A stretch of 64,000 nucleotides of DNA from positions 57,087,909-57,151,908 of the forward strand of contig NC_081355.1 of NCBI RefSeq assembly GCF_030684315.1, given 5' to 3'. The DNA comes from Stegostoma tigrinum (taxonomy: Eukaryota). How positions within the stretch are numbered: position 1 is the first letter of the stretch; every line of letters begins with the position of its first letter. Made by a program: the position numbers and the translations under genes. Below, piece by piece: positions 12,617 to 24,555 of the stretch. The notes under the pieces were generated by a model that was given only the letters and a program-made list of their open reading frames with translations, was not told the DNA's origin and did not search any database.

Positions 12617-14075
12617 GTGTTGTGCTCCCATGAGGAGCTCAAACAGTTTATCCTCTTCACCAACATCTTCCACCCCAACGTTAAGTTCACCTGGACTATC
12701 TCTAACACCGCCCTCACGTTCCTGGACCCCTCTGCCTCCATCTCAAGCAACCACCTAGAAACCGATATCCATTTCAAGCCCACCGATTCCCACAGCTACC
12801 TAGAATACACCTTCTCCCACCCACCTTCCTGCAAAAATGCCATCCCCTATTCCCAATTTCTTCGCCTCCACCACATCTGCTCCCAGGATGAGGCATTCCA
12901 CTCCTGTACATCTCAGATGTCCTTGTTTTTCAAGGATCACAACTCCCCCCCCCGCCACCCCAGCCCCCGCAGTGGTTGAGAACGCCCTCGACCGCGTCTC
13001 CCACATTTCCCGCAACTCATCCCTCACACTCCGACCCGCAATAACAACCAAAAAAGAATCCCCCTCGTCCTGACATATCACCCCACCAACCTTCGGATCC
13101 AACGCATCATCCTCCGACACTTCTGCCATCTGCAATCTGACCCCACCACCAAAGACATTTTTCCCTCCCCACCCTTGTCTGCTTCCCAGAGTGACCACTC
13201 TCTCCGGGACTTCCTTGTCTGGTCCACACTCCCCTCCAGCCCCACCTCACCCGGCACTTTTCCCTGCAACTACAAGTGCTACACCTACCTCCACACTTCC
13301 TCCCTCACCCCCATCCCAGGCCCCAAGGTGACTTTGCACATTAAGCAAAGGTTCATCTACACGCTGATGTGTTATACTGCATCTGCTGTACCTGTTGTGG
13401 CCTTCTCTACATCGGGGAAACCAAGCGGAGGCTTAGGGACCGCTTTGCAGGACATCTATGCTCAGTTCGCAATAAACAGCTGCACCTCCCAGTCAGGAAC
13501 CATTTCAACTCCCTCTCCCATCCGTCAGAGGACATGTCCATCCTGGGCCTCCTGCAGTGCCACAACAATGCCACCCGAAGGTTGCAAGAACAGCAACTCA
13601 TATTCCTCTTGGGAACCCTGCAGCCCAATGGTATCAATGTGGATTTCACAAGCTTCAAAATCTCCCCTCCCTATACCGCATCCCAAAACCAGCCCAGCTC
13701 ATCCCCACCTCCCTAACCAGTTCTTCGTCTCAACTATCCCCTCCTCCCACCTCAAGCCGCACCACCATTTCCTTCCTACTAACCTCATCCCGCCCCCTTG
13801 ACTTGTCCATCCTCCCTGGACTGACCTATCTCCTCCCTACCTCCCCACCTACACTCACCTTTACTGGCTCCATCCCCGCCTCTCTGACTAGTTTGTCTCC
13901 TCTCTACCTATCTTCTCCTCTATCCATCTTTGATCCACCTCCCCCCTCTCCCTATTTATTTCAGAACCCTCTTCTCCTCCCCGATTTCTGATGACGGGTC
14001 TAGACCCAAAACGTCAGCTTTCCTGCACCTAAGATGCTGCTTGGCCTGCTGTGTTCATCAAGCTCCACACCTTAT
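12617..14075 (+). mobile_element. Penelope-like retroelement (Neptune-type), 5'-truncated and frameshifted: RT thumb, Cys linker, GIY-YIG endonuclease, 3' pLTR
   Basis: ORF 12617-12979 (FHPNVKFT..FLD..KPTDSHSYL..SHP..CKNAIPYSQFLRL..ICS) is the PLE RT C-terminus. PGTFPCNxKC linker. ORF 13369-13716 (YCICC..CGLLYIGETKRRLRDRFAGH...GTLQPNGIN) is a GIY-YIG domain. pLTR carries a hammerhead-like core at 13988-14017. Confidence 0.92.
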
Positions 14076-14104
14076 AAGTAACCTTTTCTGGTTTTAGTGG
14101 GTAT

Positions 14105-14437
14105 CAGAGAATCCCTGCAGTTTGGAAGCAGGCCATTCAACCTATCAAGTCCATCCCAACACTCCAAACAGCATCCCGCGCAGACCCAACCCCTGCCCTC
14201 TAACCCTACATTTCCCATTGCCAATCCACCTAACATATACATCCCTGGACACTACGGGCAATTTAGCTCAGTCAATCTACCTAAGCTGCACATCTCTGGA
14301 CTGTGGAAGCAAACTGGAGCACCCAGACATGGGGAGGATGTGCAAACTTCACACAGACAGAAGCCCAAGGGTGGAATTGAGCCTGGATTCCTGGTGCTGT
14401 GAAGCAGCAGTGTTAACCACTGAGCCACTGTGCTGTC
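14105..14437 (-). mobile_element. Full-length tRNA-derived HE1-like V-SINE
   Basis: Reverse strand starts GGACAGCACAGTGGCTCAGTGGTTAACACTGCTGCTTCACAGCACCAGG (A box TGGCTCAGTGG, decayed B box GGCTCAATTCC) and ends ...CTGCAGGGATTCT. Confidence 0.8.
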
Positions 14438-14483
14438 CTATTTAGTAACTTCCACAATTTAACACCTATTATGTCCAGAGAAA

Positions 14484-14675
14484 CGTGCAGGTTAGATGGA
14501 TTGCCCATGCTAAATTACACAGTGCCCAGAGTTGTGCAGGCTAGTTGGGTTATCCATGGTAATTGCAGGGGTAGGGTGGGGGCGATGGGTCTGTGAAGGA
14601 TGTTCTTCGAAGTTCGGTGTGTGCTCAATGGGCTGAGTGGCATGCTTCCACACTGTAGGGATTCTATGATTCTAT
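14484..14675 (+). mobile_element. 5'-truncated HE1-like V-SINE
   Basis: GTGCAGGTTAGATGGATTGCCCATGCTAAATT core and CACACTGTAGGGATTCTATGATTCTAT tail. Confidence 0.75.
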
Positions 14676-15229
14676 ATGTGGAGTGCTCAATCGTGAGGGG
14701 TACTGGCACAACAAACTTTCCAATTCCTTGGTTGAACTGCATAAGGCTGGACACTGGATGTGTGCGTCGGATTCACCTCTTAATTATGGCGAGTGATGCC
14801 TGTTTCACCATTTTTCCCTAAGATCCGATCTATATGTAGGAACAGTGCTTCACAACCTTTAAATCTGGAATCCAAAGTTTAGAAATTGTGGTTTTGTGAA
14901 AAACTATTAATTAATGTTTGTTTTGTGTAATATTTAAAAATCTTCATTTTCTTGTAAAACATCAACATATTCAACATGTGATACTTGTAAATGTTTGGGT
15001 CTGAAACTTACGTGAATTTATGAGCAAATCAGAAACTCCCAACTGAATGTGACTTCCTGATTTATAGGAAAGAAACAGCTTAGTTCTTTACTTGACCTTT
15101 AACTGACCAACTGATCTGGTTTCTATAAAAAAACTAGGTCTGCTGATAAATACAGCAATACAATCTTCCAATCTTGTTTAGTTATATACTTAAAGAATGT
15201 TCTTTATAATGATATTCAAGTGGCATATC

Positions 15230-16520
15230 GTGGAAATACCACATAATTGGGTTGTTAGTAAAATTGAATCCTATGGACTGACAGGGATAGAGACAGCATG
15301 ATTACAAAATTAGCTGAAGGACAGAAGCAGAGAAACAGCAGTAAACCTTGTAATGTCGGCTCCATTCAAAAATCAGAGGTGGATTATGATGACCACAGCC
15401 ATTTCTAATATGTGCTAATCACCAGAATATTGGTAAATTTAGCAGAATTCTGAACTTTGCTAATGATAAAATATGCAAATTAGGTAAGCAATGAGGAGGA
15501 TCATGAGGGGCATGGATAAGGTAAATAGTCGAGGTCTTTTTCCCCAGAGTAGGGCATAGGTTTAGGGTGAGAGGGGAAAGTTTCAAAAGGGACCTAAGGT
15601 GCAACTTTTTCACACAGAGAGTGGTGTGCGTATGGAATGAACTGCTAGAGGAAGTGGAGGAGGCTGGTACAATTACAACATTTAAAAGGCTGGGTGTATA
15701 AATAGCAAGGATTTAGGGGGATATGGGCCAAATACTGGCAAATGGGGCTAGATTAATTTAGAATGTGTGGTCAGCATGGACGAGTTGGATCAAAAGGTCT
15801 CTTTCCATACCGTACATCTCTATGACTCTGTGACGCTTAAAAATCTATATAAAATAAGTTAGGAGGATATAGACTGACCAGTAAAATGGGCAGACACATG
15901 GTGGTTGAAGTTTAATTCAGAAGTATGATGTGACATATTCCAATTAGAAGAATTAAGTGAGACAGCATGAATCAAATGGCTCAATTTTAAGAGGGCTCAG
16001 GAATAAGTTGAGAAGGCTGTTAAAAGGTAAATATGATCCTTGATTTTATTAATGAAAACACAGAGCTCAAATGTATAATGATCTTTATAAAACACTGGTT
16101 AGACTTCAGGGGGACTACCGTTCAACTCTCACCACCACACTTTAGGATAAGTTGCTGGCGATGGCCCAGAGAGATTTACCTGAATGGTACCAGTGACAAG
16201 GGCATCATTTATGTGGTACTTGTAGAAAAGTTGGGAATGCTACCCCTTCACCAGTGAAGATTAAGAAGAGATTTCATAGAGGTGTTCTAAATCATGAAGT
16301 TCATTGGAAAAAAAATACCACTGGTGGTAGAAGTGCTAATGACTACAGGACACAGATTTAAGTTATTGTGAAAAGAAACAAATACAGAAGAAAACAATTT
16401 ACCTATGCTTTGTTGGCATGTGAAATGTACTAACTGCATGAGTGTTGGAAGCAGATTCACTAATACCTTCAAAAGGGAGTTCAAGCAACAACTATTGCAG
16501 GGAAATAGGGAATGGCCAGG
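15230..16520 (+). mobile_element. Old CR1 fragments with a younger CR1 3' end nested at ~15495-15830
   Basis: GGGCATAGGTTTAGGGTGAGAGGGGAAAG..., GAGTGGTGTGCGTATGGAATGAACTG, ending CTCTATGACTCTGTGAC. Confidence 0.6.
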
Positions 16521-16534
16521 AAATGAGTTTTTAA

Positions 16535-16925
16535 AAAAATATTTGTTCATGGGACATGAGCATCACTGTCTCGGCAAGCTTTCGCTACCCATCTCCAGAA
16601 GGTAGTGAGGAGCTGCCTTTTTAAACTATGGCAGTCCTTGAGGTAAGCATACTCATAATTCTATTAGGTAAGGAGTTCCAGGATGTTGACCCAGTAACAG
16701 AGAAGGACATGCTATAGTTCCAAATCAGGATGTTGTGCAACTTAGAGGGAAACTTGCGGGTCCCAGTGCTCCAAAGTATCAGCTGCTCTTGTCCTTCTGG
16801 GTGGTAGAATTGATGCATTTGGAATGTGCTGTCAGATGAGCCTTGGGGAGTTACTTCAGTATGTCTTGTAGATGCTACACACTGCTGTCACCATGCAGTC
16901 CTGGTGGAGGGAATGGAATGTTCAA
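16535..16925 (-). mobile_element. 3' fragment of a second CR1/L2-group LINE family
   Basis: Reverse-complement paralogue of 51330-51740 and 63430-64000. Confidence 0.55.
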
Positions 16926-19257
16926 GAGGCATCCAACTGACCAGCCTTATACTGTCAATGAATCTATCTCAAAAATTATTAATTTCATCACGCTGAAAGA
17001 CAATATTTGTGTTCAGTCACCAATGTAATTGGAAAGATTATAAACGCAGTGGGTGATTAACTTGTCGGCTATTTACAGATTTTTGTTTTACATTTGACAG
17101 TCTCAAATATGATGACATGGTTACTGTAACCATTGACTATATATAATAATTTAAGAAAAAAATTACGTGAATTTATATGGGCACCTTAATCACATTCTTC
17201 GAATACCATATGGGATTTTAAATTCATGGAAATAAATTTGAAGTGTAGCCACTGTTGTTATGTAGTTAAGCATAAAAAAACAAGGTAACAAAGTCCAAAA
17301 TCCTACGACAGCATTGATAATGATCAGTTATTCTGCTTTATGTAAAGTTGCGTGAAAGGGGAACACAAACAATGATATCAAAAGACATACCTGGTCCCCT
17401 CTCTTTGGGACCATGTATCTACCTAATTAAGTGCACATGGCCTCTGTTTAATGTTGCCTCTAAAAGGCAATTTATTGAAAAATATAGCTCTCCTCCATTA
17501 CAGAGTGAGTCTAGATTATTTGCTTAAATTCAGGGTAGGTTCACCTAGTCAATGAACTTTTCCAGTACCACATTTTTTAGCCAGTAACACAAATCAGAGA
17601 TGTTAATCAATATAAAAATCATAGACAAAATATGGTGCTTTGGATAATAAAAAATCCCAGCATCCATTAATACAATAAAAATTCACATTTCTATTTACAG
17701 ATAATAATTTTATTGCAACTTAGATGAAAATGATTTGGTTTAGTAAATTACCTACTGTATTCTTAGTTCATTCACAAAAGCTTGAACCCAGTGAAAAGAA
17801 CAAGACTAATTAAATTCTCAGAGTTACCACAAATATCCATCATAAGCAAAATGCGACAGATAAAATATGTGCCAGATAATACACATTTGTAATTTCATTC
17901 CTAACAAGTTTAGATTTTCAAAATGCTCAACATTTAGATTTTTAAACTTTAGCCAGTCAAATATCAATAACAACAAATATAAAGTGTGATAGGCCTTATT
18001 TTATTTCCTCTAGAAAACATTAATGACACAGCTGGCTATAGGTGCACCAGGTGGCGTAAATCCCAAGTCTGACATTACTGTGATTCACAGCCTTTGTTTT
18101 GTTTGAATATTGAGAGTAGCAAATAGTACAGATATTTCTAAATGCGTGAACTGTTTGTAGATCGGTTTCATAGATGAAAGGCCTAGTGGCTAACAGCTCA
18201 GCTGTTCTGAAGGGAATCATGATGGAATTCTTTCCAACCGTGCAACAAACTAGGTTAAATGTCAGTTATTAGTGAAGACCAATAGGTTGGACTTCCAAAC
18301 ATTTGTAGGTAATAATTCATCAAAATATATTATAAACAGCTTGCTGTTAAAACCAGTCGTACTTTGATTCAATCTCAATTCGATACTGAAAATACCTTTG
18401 GAAAGATGAAGTTCAATATTTTGGCACTGACAGCAGGATTTTGCTTCTGGCTTAGAATCTGAAGAAGGGGCAGTACACATTATGGATACATTTCAGGGTC
18501 AATTCTATAACCAACTGTTATTGATCAGTTAGACTTTGTGCTGGGATCAGTGCTTCACAAAATTTAAATATCTGGTGTCAGCATCAGTTGTAAAACAAAG
18601 GTATCTTCAGATAATCAGAGTGCAACACTGGAAATTAGCATCATTATCACTCGAGTTTCCTAAATTAAAATTTTGCTGAGTGATATTTTGTGCTTTCCAT
18701 CCATATCCATTGGAAACAAATTGCTAAACTTATTTGGCAAAACAAATCAAGCAGCAGACACAAAAACTGTGGCTAAAAAGGATATGCTTATGCTATCTGT
18801 AACTTGCAAATCAAGTAAGATTAAGTGCTGGAGGTGGCATTGGAATGTCAGAAGGAGAAATAATCCAAGAAATTCATCTTGAACAATTTCTGCCTTGTGG
18901 CTGACTAAGCCTCAGCAATGGATGTTCCAATTGGCCGTCAACACGTCCTCCAATAGAGTTGGAGTTTGGAGGTGTGCATCTACCTTCCATTAGTTCTTGC
19001 TGCTCTCAGTTGTATACCACCCTGTCCTGCATAAACTGGACTTACGCAAGATTGTCATGATAAAAAGTATAGCATTGCTTATATCCCTAAGTCAGGGGGG
19101 GAATGACTTTCATGAAGCTTGCAAGAGGTTTGGCGATCGCAACAGCAACTAATTTATCTTCAATTCATTAACTGGATCGCTAGCTTTTGCTCAATCACGA
19201 CATCCCCTCTTGAGCCTAATGGAAACTGCTACCAATCAGGACATATACCTAACCTGC

Positions 19258-19544
19258 ATATATTTAATCCCAGATAATAAAATGTGAGGCAGGATGAACA
19301 CAGCAGGCCCAGCAGCATCTCAGGAGCACAAAAACTGACGTTTCGGGCCTAGACCCTTCATCAGAGGGTTTAGGCCTGAAACGTCAGCTTTTGTGGCTCT
19401 CTGATGAAGGGTCTAGGCCTGAAACGTCAGCTTTTGTGCTCCTGAGATGCTGCTGGGCCTGCTGTGTTCATCCAGCGTCACATTTTATTATCTTGGATTC
19501 TCCAGCACCTGCAGTTCCCATTATCACTGATATATTTAATCCCA
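19258..19544. mobile_element. Fold-back mini Penelope element with hammerhead cores on both strands and a 15-bp TSD
   Basis: TSD ATATATTTAATCCCA at 19258-19272 and 19530-19544. Inverted arms 19273-19366 and ~19399-19492; 37-nt one-sided tail 19493-19529. Confidence 0.88.
19335..19364 (-). ncRNA. Minimal type I hammerhead ribozyme motif
   Basis: Reverse strand CTGATGA-A-GGG-TCTAGG-CCC-GAAA-CGTC-AG: intact CUGAUGA and GAAA boxes, palindromic ACGT stem III, GUC triplet. Stem I is only about 2 bp. Confidence 0.65.
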
Positions 19545-21000
19545 TAACACTTTTGAGTCTCATACCCATACCTCACAACACACTGTCAGCCTCTCAACTA
19601 TGACACTATCATCACTCAAACATATCATCCATCACAGATACATACTTTTTTTTTCAGGACAAGTGTGCACAACTGAAGGCAAAAGGAACTAACCGGAAAA
19701 AAGATGCACACCTCAACATTCTAACTTTGATGTAAGCGAAAGTGAAGACCACTATTGGTACAGCCATTGCTAAGCTAAACACGGCACATCATTCCAGATG
19801 GATTCCTTGGACTTACTCCTTTTTCTCACATCCAAGTTCCTCCTCATTCCCAATCTCTTTTGACTTGCAAGCTACAGATGGCATAAGCATATACTTCTTA
19901 GCTTCTTTCACTTAACCTTTTTTGTGCAAGTATGTTGTTAGGCCAAGGTATTTTCAGATATGCAAGAATTACAACCTGGCCAGGTAGTGGAAGAACAGCA
20001 AGAAGAGAGGATGATAAAACAGACAATGGTACTGTACTTATCTTAGAGGACTGAAGGTGATTGCATCTACATGTGGAGAAATACCGCAACTGTGGCAATG
20101 GCAGCACAGCCATTTGTATACCAGATGGTGAGGTCACATGCATATTCTGAAGGGGAGGAGGACTTCAGCAGCCAAGCTGCAGAGTGGATTAATGGACATT
20201 CACAACAAAATGTAAGATGCATTAGGAAGCCTGCCAGAATGTCCAGCAGAAAGTGGGCACGGTTCTTTTAACAAAATCTGCAGCCCTTTTTCAAACATAG
20301 AACTGGCGATCAAAACAATTAATGTATTTTTAGAATCAATCATTGATTGTCTGATGGTCCACGTCTTCATTTCTGTTGCAAAGCCCAAATCTTAGGTTGC
20401 CATTCAAGCTGAGACTATCATGCACGGTCAGCTTGCTGCCAAACTCAGACTACTGGCATCACAACCAGTGTTCAAAGGGGCTTTCAAGAATTCATAGCAG
20501 TCCTGGAGTCAGTTACTTAATGAATTGTTAGGAAAACTGAAACAACTGAAAGTGGACACATGGAGATATAACCTGCTTCCTTCTCTGTGGAAGACAAGAT
20601 TTACATGTCATCACTGCTGCTCTGACAATGCTGTTGCCTGTCAGCCAACTTAGACAGTCCAAACTCCCTACCACGCAGACATGGTGCAAACTGAAGTTGT
20701 ATCTTCTAGGCCTGGAGCTGCTGTTTGGAGTCTTCCAAACTGAAATTGAACAACCTGTCACCAGATGTGCTGCAGCCAATGGAGCTGTACAGCTTAGAAC
20801 AACTAGGTCTGACAATGAAACACGGAAGATGGATAATAAGGGTATGCATATGGGTCATTAATTTACATGTGAATGCAACATGCATTATTTCATTCATAAA
20901 TTTGGTAAAGAATGTTTGTTCCTTATGGCTTTTTTTTAACATGTTGGTTAAGAGGAAAATATGGTGATCATTGACAGAGAGAAGTAACTGCGACTGAATA

Positions 21001-21480
21001 GGTGACATTTCGGATCTAGGCCCTTCATCAGAAAAGGGGGATGGGGAGAGGATTCTGAAATAAATAGGGAGAGGGGGAGGCAGACTGAAGATGGATAGAG
21101 GAGAAGATATGTGGAGAGGAGAGTACGGGTGGGGAGGTAGGGAGGGGATAGGTCAGTCCAGGGAGGACGGACAGGTCAAGGGGGGCGGGATGAGGTTAGT
21201 AGGTAGGATCCCGCCCCCTTGACCTGTCCGTCCTCCCTGGACTGACCTATCCCCTCCCCACCCATACTCTCCTCTCCACCTATCTTCTCCTCTATCCATC
21301 TTCAGTCCGCCTCCCCCTCTCTCCCTATTTATTTCAGAATCCTCTCCCAATTTCTGATGAAGGGTCTAGGCCCGAAACATCAGCTTTTGTGCTCCTATGA
21401 TGCTGCTGGGCCTGCTGTGTTCATCCAGCCTCACATTTTATTATCTTGCATTCTCCAGCATCTACAGTTCCCATTATCAC
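21001..21480. mobile_element. Fold-back Penelope pLTR pair, ~190-bp arms diverging from ~21200
   Basis: 21001-21191 is the reverse complement of ~21208-21385. Hammerhead-like cores at 21004-21031 (-) and 21354-21382 (+); tail ends CCCATTATCAC. Confidence 0.85.
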
Positions 21481-22091
21481 AAGTCATACATGATCTTGAT
21501 TTGAGTTATATCACTGTTCCTTCATTATCTTTGGTTCAAAATCCTGAAACACCCTGCTGAATAGTACTGTGGATGCAGCTTCACCACCAAGACTTCAGAT
21601 CATAGAGTTGTACAGCACTACCATCTTCTGATGGGCAGCTAGAAACCACATCCAATGAATATTCTTTAGAAAACAACATAAAACTTGAAATACAGTCAAT
21701 CAAGTATTACAGGATTCCCCCAAACTGGTTCAGGCAGCTGAATCACTGTCTCAGCATGCTGAAAGACTGCTCCATCACATAACCTGCTATAACATGGCCC
21801 TCAATGCATACCTGTTCATGCATGCAAGATTTGTGAACTTGAATCATATTGCACATAATCAGCAGATAGTCCTTGTTGCCTAGTAACCATCTTTTGACTT
21901 TCAGTCATGGCTGAAATATAGCAGGTTTAACATACTGCCACAGGATAAAGGCATTATGATTGCTGCCAGGATACTGGGCACTGACCTGTGTGATGGGTAA
22001 TCACCACCCATCACCTCAAGGAACAAAATCTCATTCAGGTCTATTACGTGGCACAGTTGGCATACAACACCTGCAAAGTAATGTGCCCGCA

Positions 22092-22402
22092 GGGGAGGTG
22101 GTGGTGTAATGATAATGTCACTAGACTAGCAATCCAGAACTTCAAGCCAATGATCTGGGGTCACAAATTTGAATCCTACTATGATATAATTTGAATTCAA
22201 TTCCAAAATATTTGGATTTAAACCCTGGTCTAACAGTGGCCATGTAACCCCTGTTAATTATTGTAAAAACTCACCTGGTTCACTAATGTCCTTTAGGGTA
22301 GGAAATCTGTTGTCCTTACCTGCTGTTAGCTATCTGTGACTCTGGACCCACAGTAATGTGGTTTAGTCTCAAATGCCCCCTAAACAATAAATACTGGCCT
22401 AG
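22092..22402 (+). mobile_element. tRNA-derived SINE sharing a 3' tail with the second LINE family
   Basis: GGGGAGGTGGTGGTGTAATG head, TTTGAATCC B box, core CTGGTTCACTAATGTCCTTTAGGG..GGAAATCTG, tail CAATAAATACTGGCC. Other copies at 27735 and 56012. Confidence 0.75.
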
Positions 22403-23120
22403 AATGTCAAATAAACAATGTTTTGAAAATGGCATCAGCCACTATAGGGAAACCTGCAACATGAGCGATCCCTTCTGTGAACCCTGTCAGCTTCTTTCTT
22501 GTAATAGAGAATAAAATTAGATCTCTTTCAACTCAGCATCATCAGCTTAATGTTTAGTCAACCCCAAAAGACAAGATTCCTCTGATTGCAGTCTGAAAGG
22601 AAATAAGCACATAGAAATATCAACAGCTTCATTATCTGAACAGCTGCAAATGAACACTAATCGAAAGCAAACATTTCGATTTTCAACATTGTGATGGAGG
22701 TAACGTCATTGATGAAGCAGCCGAAAACGTTTGAATCAAGGACAAATCCCTGAAGAACTCCTGTAGAGGTATCCTGGGACTGAGATGATCGGCTTCTAAC
22801 AACCAAGGCCATATTTCTACGTATAACTCCAAACATTGAAGAGTTTTTTTCCTGATTTCCTGTGTTTCTGAACTGATGTCTTAGTTTACTTTTATACTAT
22901 TACAATATCTATTTAATATAAAGGTTCATTGTTACCACTTTCTTGTTTTACTTCGTAAACTGCAGTGTAGTAATGAACAAATATGAATGCATCCAAAAGT
23001 GTACATCAATGCTCATATACATTCAAGAGTAAACTACTGCTATTTCACATCAGTAACTTAAGAGTTTAATGTTTTCAAATCAGTGATTAACAGTGTCCTA
23101 ATCCAAGAGCATAAGCTTAC

Positions 23121-23245
23121 CTTGTTAAGAATATAAATGACATCACCACGTTTAAAAGACAGTTCATCGGACTGATCTCCTGAGCAATCCCACAATCCTT
23201 GGTAGTAATTGGCGTAGTCAGTGGCTTTGTCTTTTTCTTTAATAG
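23121..23245 (-). CDS. SKAP2: Coding exon of SKAP2-like adaptor, N-terminal part of C-terminal SH3 domain ([42 protein letters not shown])
   Basis: Peptide matches the SKAP-family SH3 motif DYANxYQGLWDC...[24 protein letters not shown] is the SKAP2-type sequence as I recall it (SKAP1 has FQRGDLIRIL). Acceptor TTTTGCTTAG| at 23246-47 and donor AAG|GTAAGC at 23120. Length 125 nt, phase 1 to phase 0. Confidence 0.9.
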
Positions 23246-23599
23246 CTAAGCAAAATGTCATTATTATACAGTTAATTAAAACATCCAGTAACAAAGGAAT
23301 AGAAGTATAGACACTTCTACATTTGACCAAGACAGTGCTTTGGAATACAAATCCACAGAGTTAATAGTTGGAAACAAATGGGAAGCAAAAGCATAAATGC
23401 ATTAGAGAGACGGTCAGTCTCCCATCAAAAAGTTTCTGTTGTAGAGAAAACCTTGACTTTATTTTAAAAAGGCAGGTGTTCATATTGTCTAGATGATGGT
23501 TGCTACAGTTTTTATGTATTATGATCTGTTTCATTCACATGAATATATCATTGTCCCAGAGTTCAGTGCAACGGAACACTGGCAGTGATTTCCCTAAGT

Positions 23600-24040
23600 T
23601 GGACCATTGTATTATACTTACCTTTTGTCGTCATCCCTAACTTGAATATTCCCAAGCATACCGAGCTAGTCCCACACATTCCATCCTTGACAATCTTAAG
23701 GTCATCCAAAATTTAGCTGTGTCCTAACCCAAAAGAAATTCCATTCACCCTTCATCCGTGCACTCATTAACCTACGCCAACTCCAGGTGAAGCAATATCT
23801 CAATTTTAAAATCCCTCAGTGTCGTCACCCCTTCCTTTCTGTTATCCCCCATTAGTCCCATAAGCCTTTGAGATGCACTGTTGAACATCCCCACTTTTAA
23901 TCACTCAAAGTGTAAACCTTTAGCTGTATAGGCTCTAGATTTTTGGGATTCTCTCCCTGAACCACTTTGCCTCTTAGACTAAACTTCTGGTCATTTCCCC
24001 CATAGCTCCTAATGTTTCTCGGTTCCCACTTTAATAAGGA
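23600..24040 (+). mobile_element. Degraded L2-like 3' region
   Basis: AGGTCATCCAAAA..GCTG.., CCTACGCCAACTCCAGGT..CAAT..CTCAATTTTAAAATCC resemble L2 ORF2 C-terminal (LHWLPV..RI.FKI) DNA. Confidence 0.45.
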
Positions 24041-24043
24041 CCT

Positions 24044-24555
24044 GAGAAATTCATCAGTGATTGTAAGAACTGCCGATGCTGGAGTCCGAGATAACACAGC
24101 GTGGAGCTGGAGGAACACAGCAGGCGAAGCAGCATCAGAGGAGCAGGAAAGCTGACGTTTCACGTTGAAACAGAGATAATGGGAACCGCAGATGCTGGAG
24201 AATCCGAGATAACAAAGTGTGGAGCTGAATGAACACAGCAGGCCAAGCAGCACCTTAGGAGCACAAAAGCTGATGTTTTGGGCCTAGACCCTTCATCAGA
24301 AAAGGGGGATGGGGAGTCTCCCCATTCCCCTTTTCCGATGAAGGGTCTAGGTCCGAAATGTCACCTTTTGTGCTCCTAAGATGCTGCTTGGCCTGCTGTG
24401 TTATTCCAGCTCCACACTTTGTTATCTCGGATTCTCCAGCATCTGCAGTTCCCATTATCTCTGTTTCAACGTGAAACGTCAACTTTCCTGCTCCTCTGAT
24501 GCTGCCTGGCCTGCTGTGTTCCTCCAGCTTCACACTGTGTTATCGGAGAAATTCA
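24044..24555. mobile_element. Composite fold-back mini Penelope element, 227-bp inverted arms, 10-bp TSD
   Basis: Arms 24090-24316 and 24318-24544 around a 1-nt loop (GGGGAG-T-CTCCCC). 36-nt tail 24054-24089. TSD GAGAAATTCA at 24044-24053 and 24546-24555. Confidence 0.9.

Noticed and set aside
12800-13991. Several overlapping Pro/Ser-rich ORFs
   Set aside because: Alternative frames and antisense of the C-rich Penelope element.
14380-14437. tRNA gene
   Set aside because: A and B boxes belong to a SINE head; no complete cloverleaf, and the SINE body continues downstream.
18800-20350. Possible Harbinger/Myb-like transposon remnants
   Set aside because: Too decayed to support by eye; needs a TBLASTN/HMM search.
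1-23057. Final SKAP2 coding exon (EYNxYGWWVGE...GLVPK)
   Set aside because: No matching peptide in the ORF track or by eye on the minus strand; probably lies beyond the window start.
23058-23330. 90-aa ORF as a standalone gene, or as SKAP1
   Set aside because: Only 23121-23245 is bounded by splice sites, and the flanks are intron read-through. The [10 protein letters not shown] residues favour SKAP2 over SKAP1.
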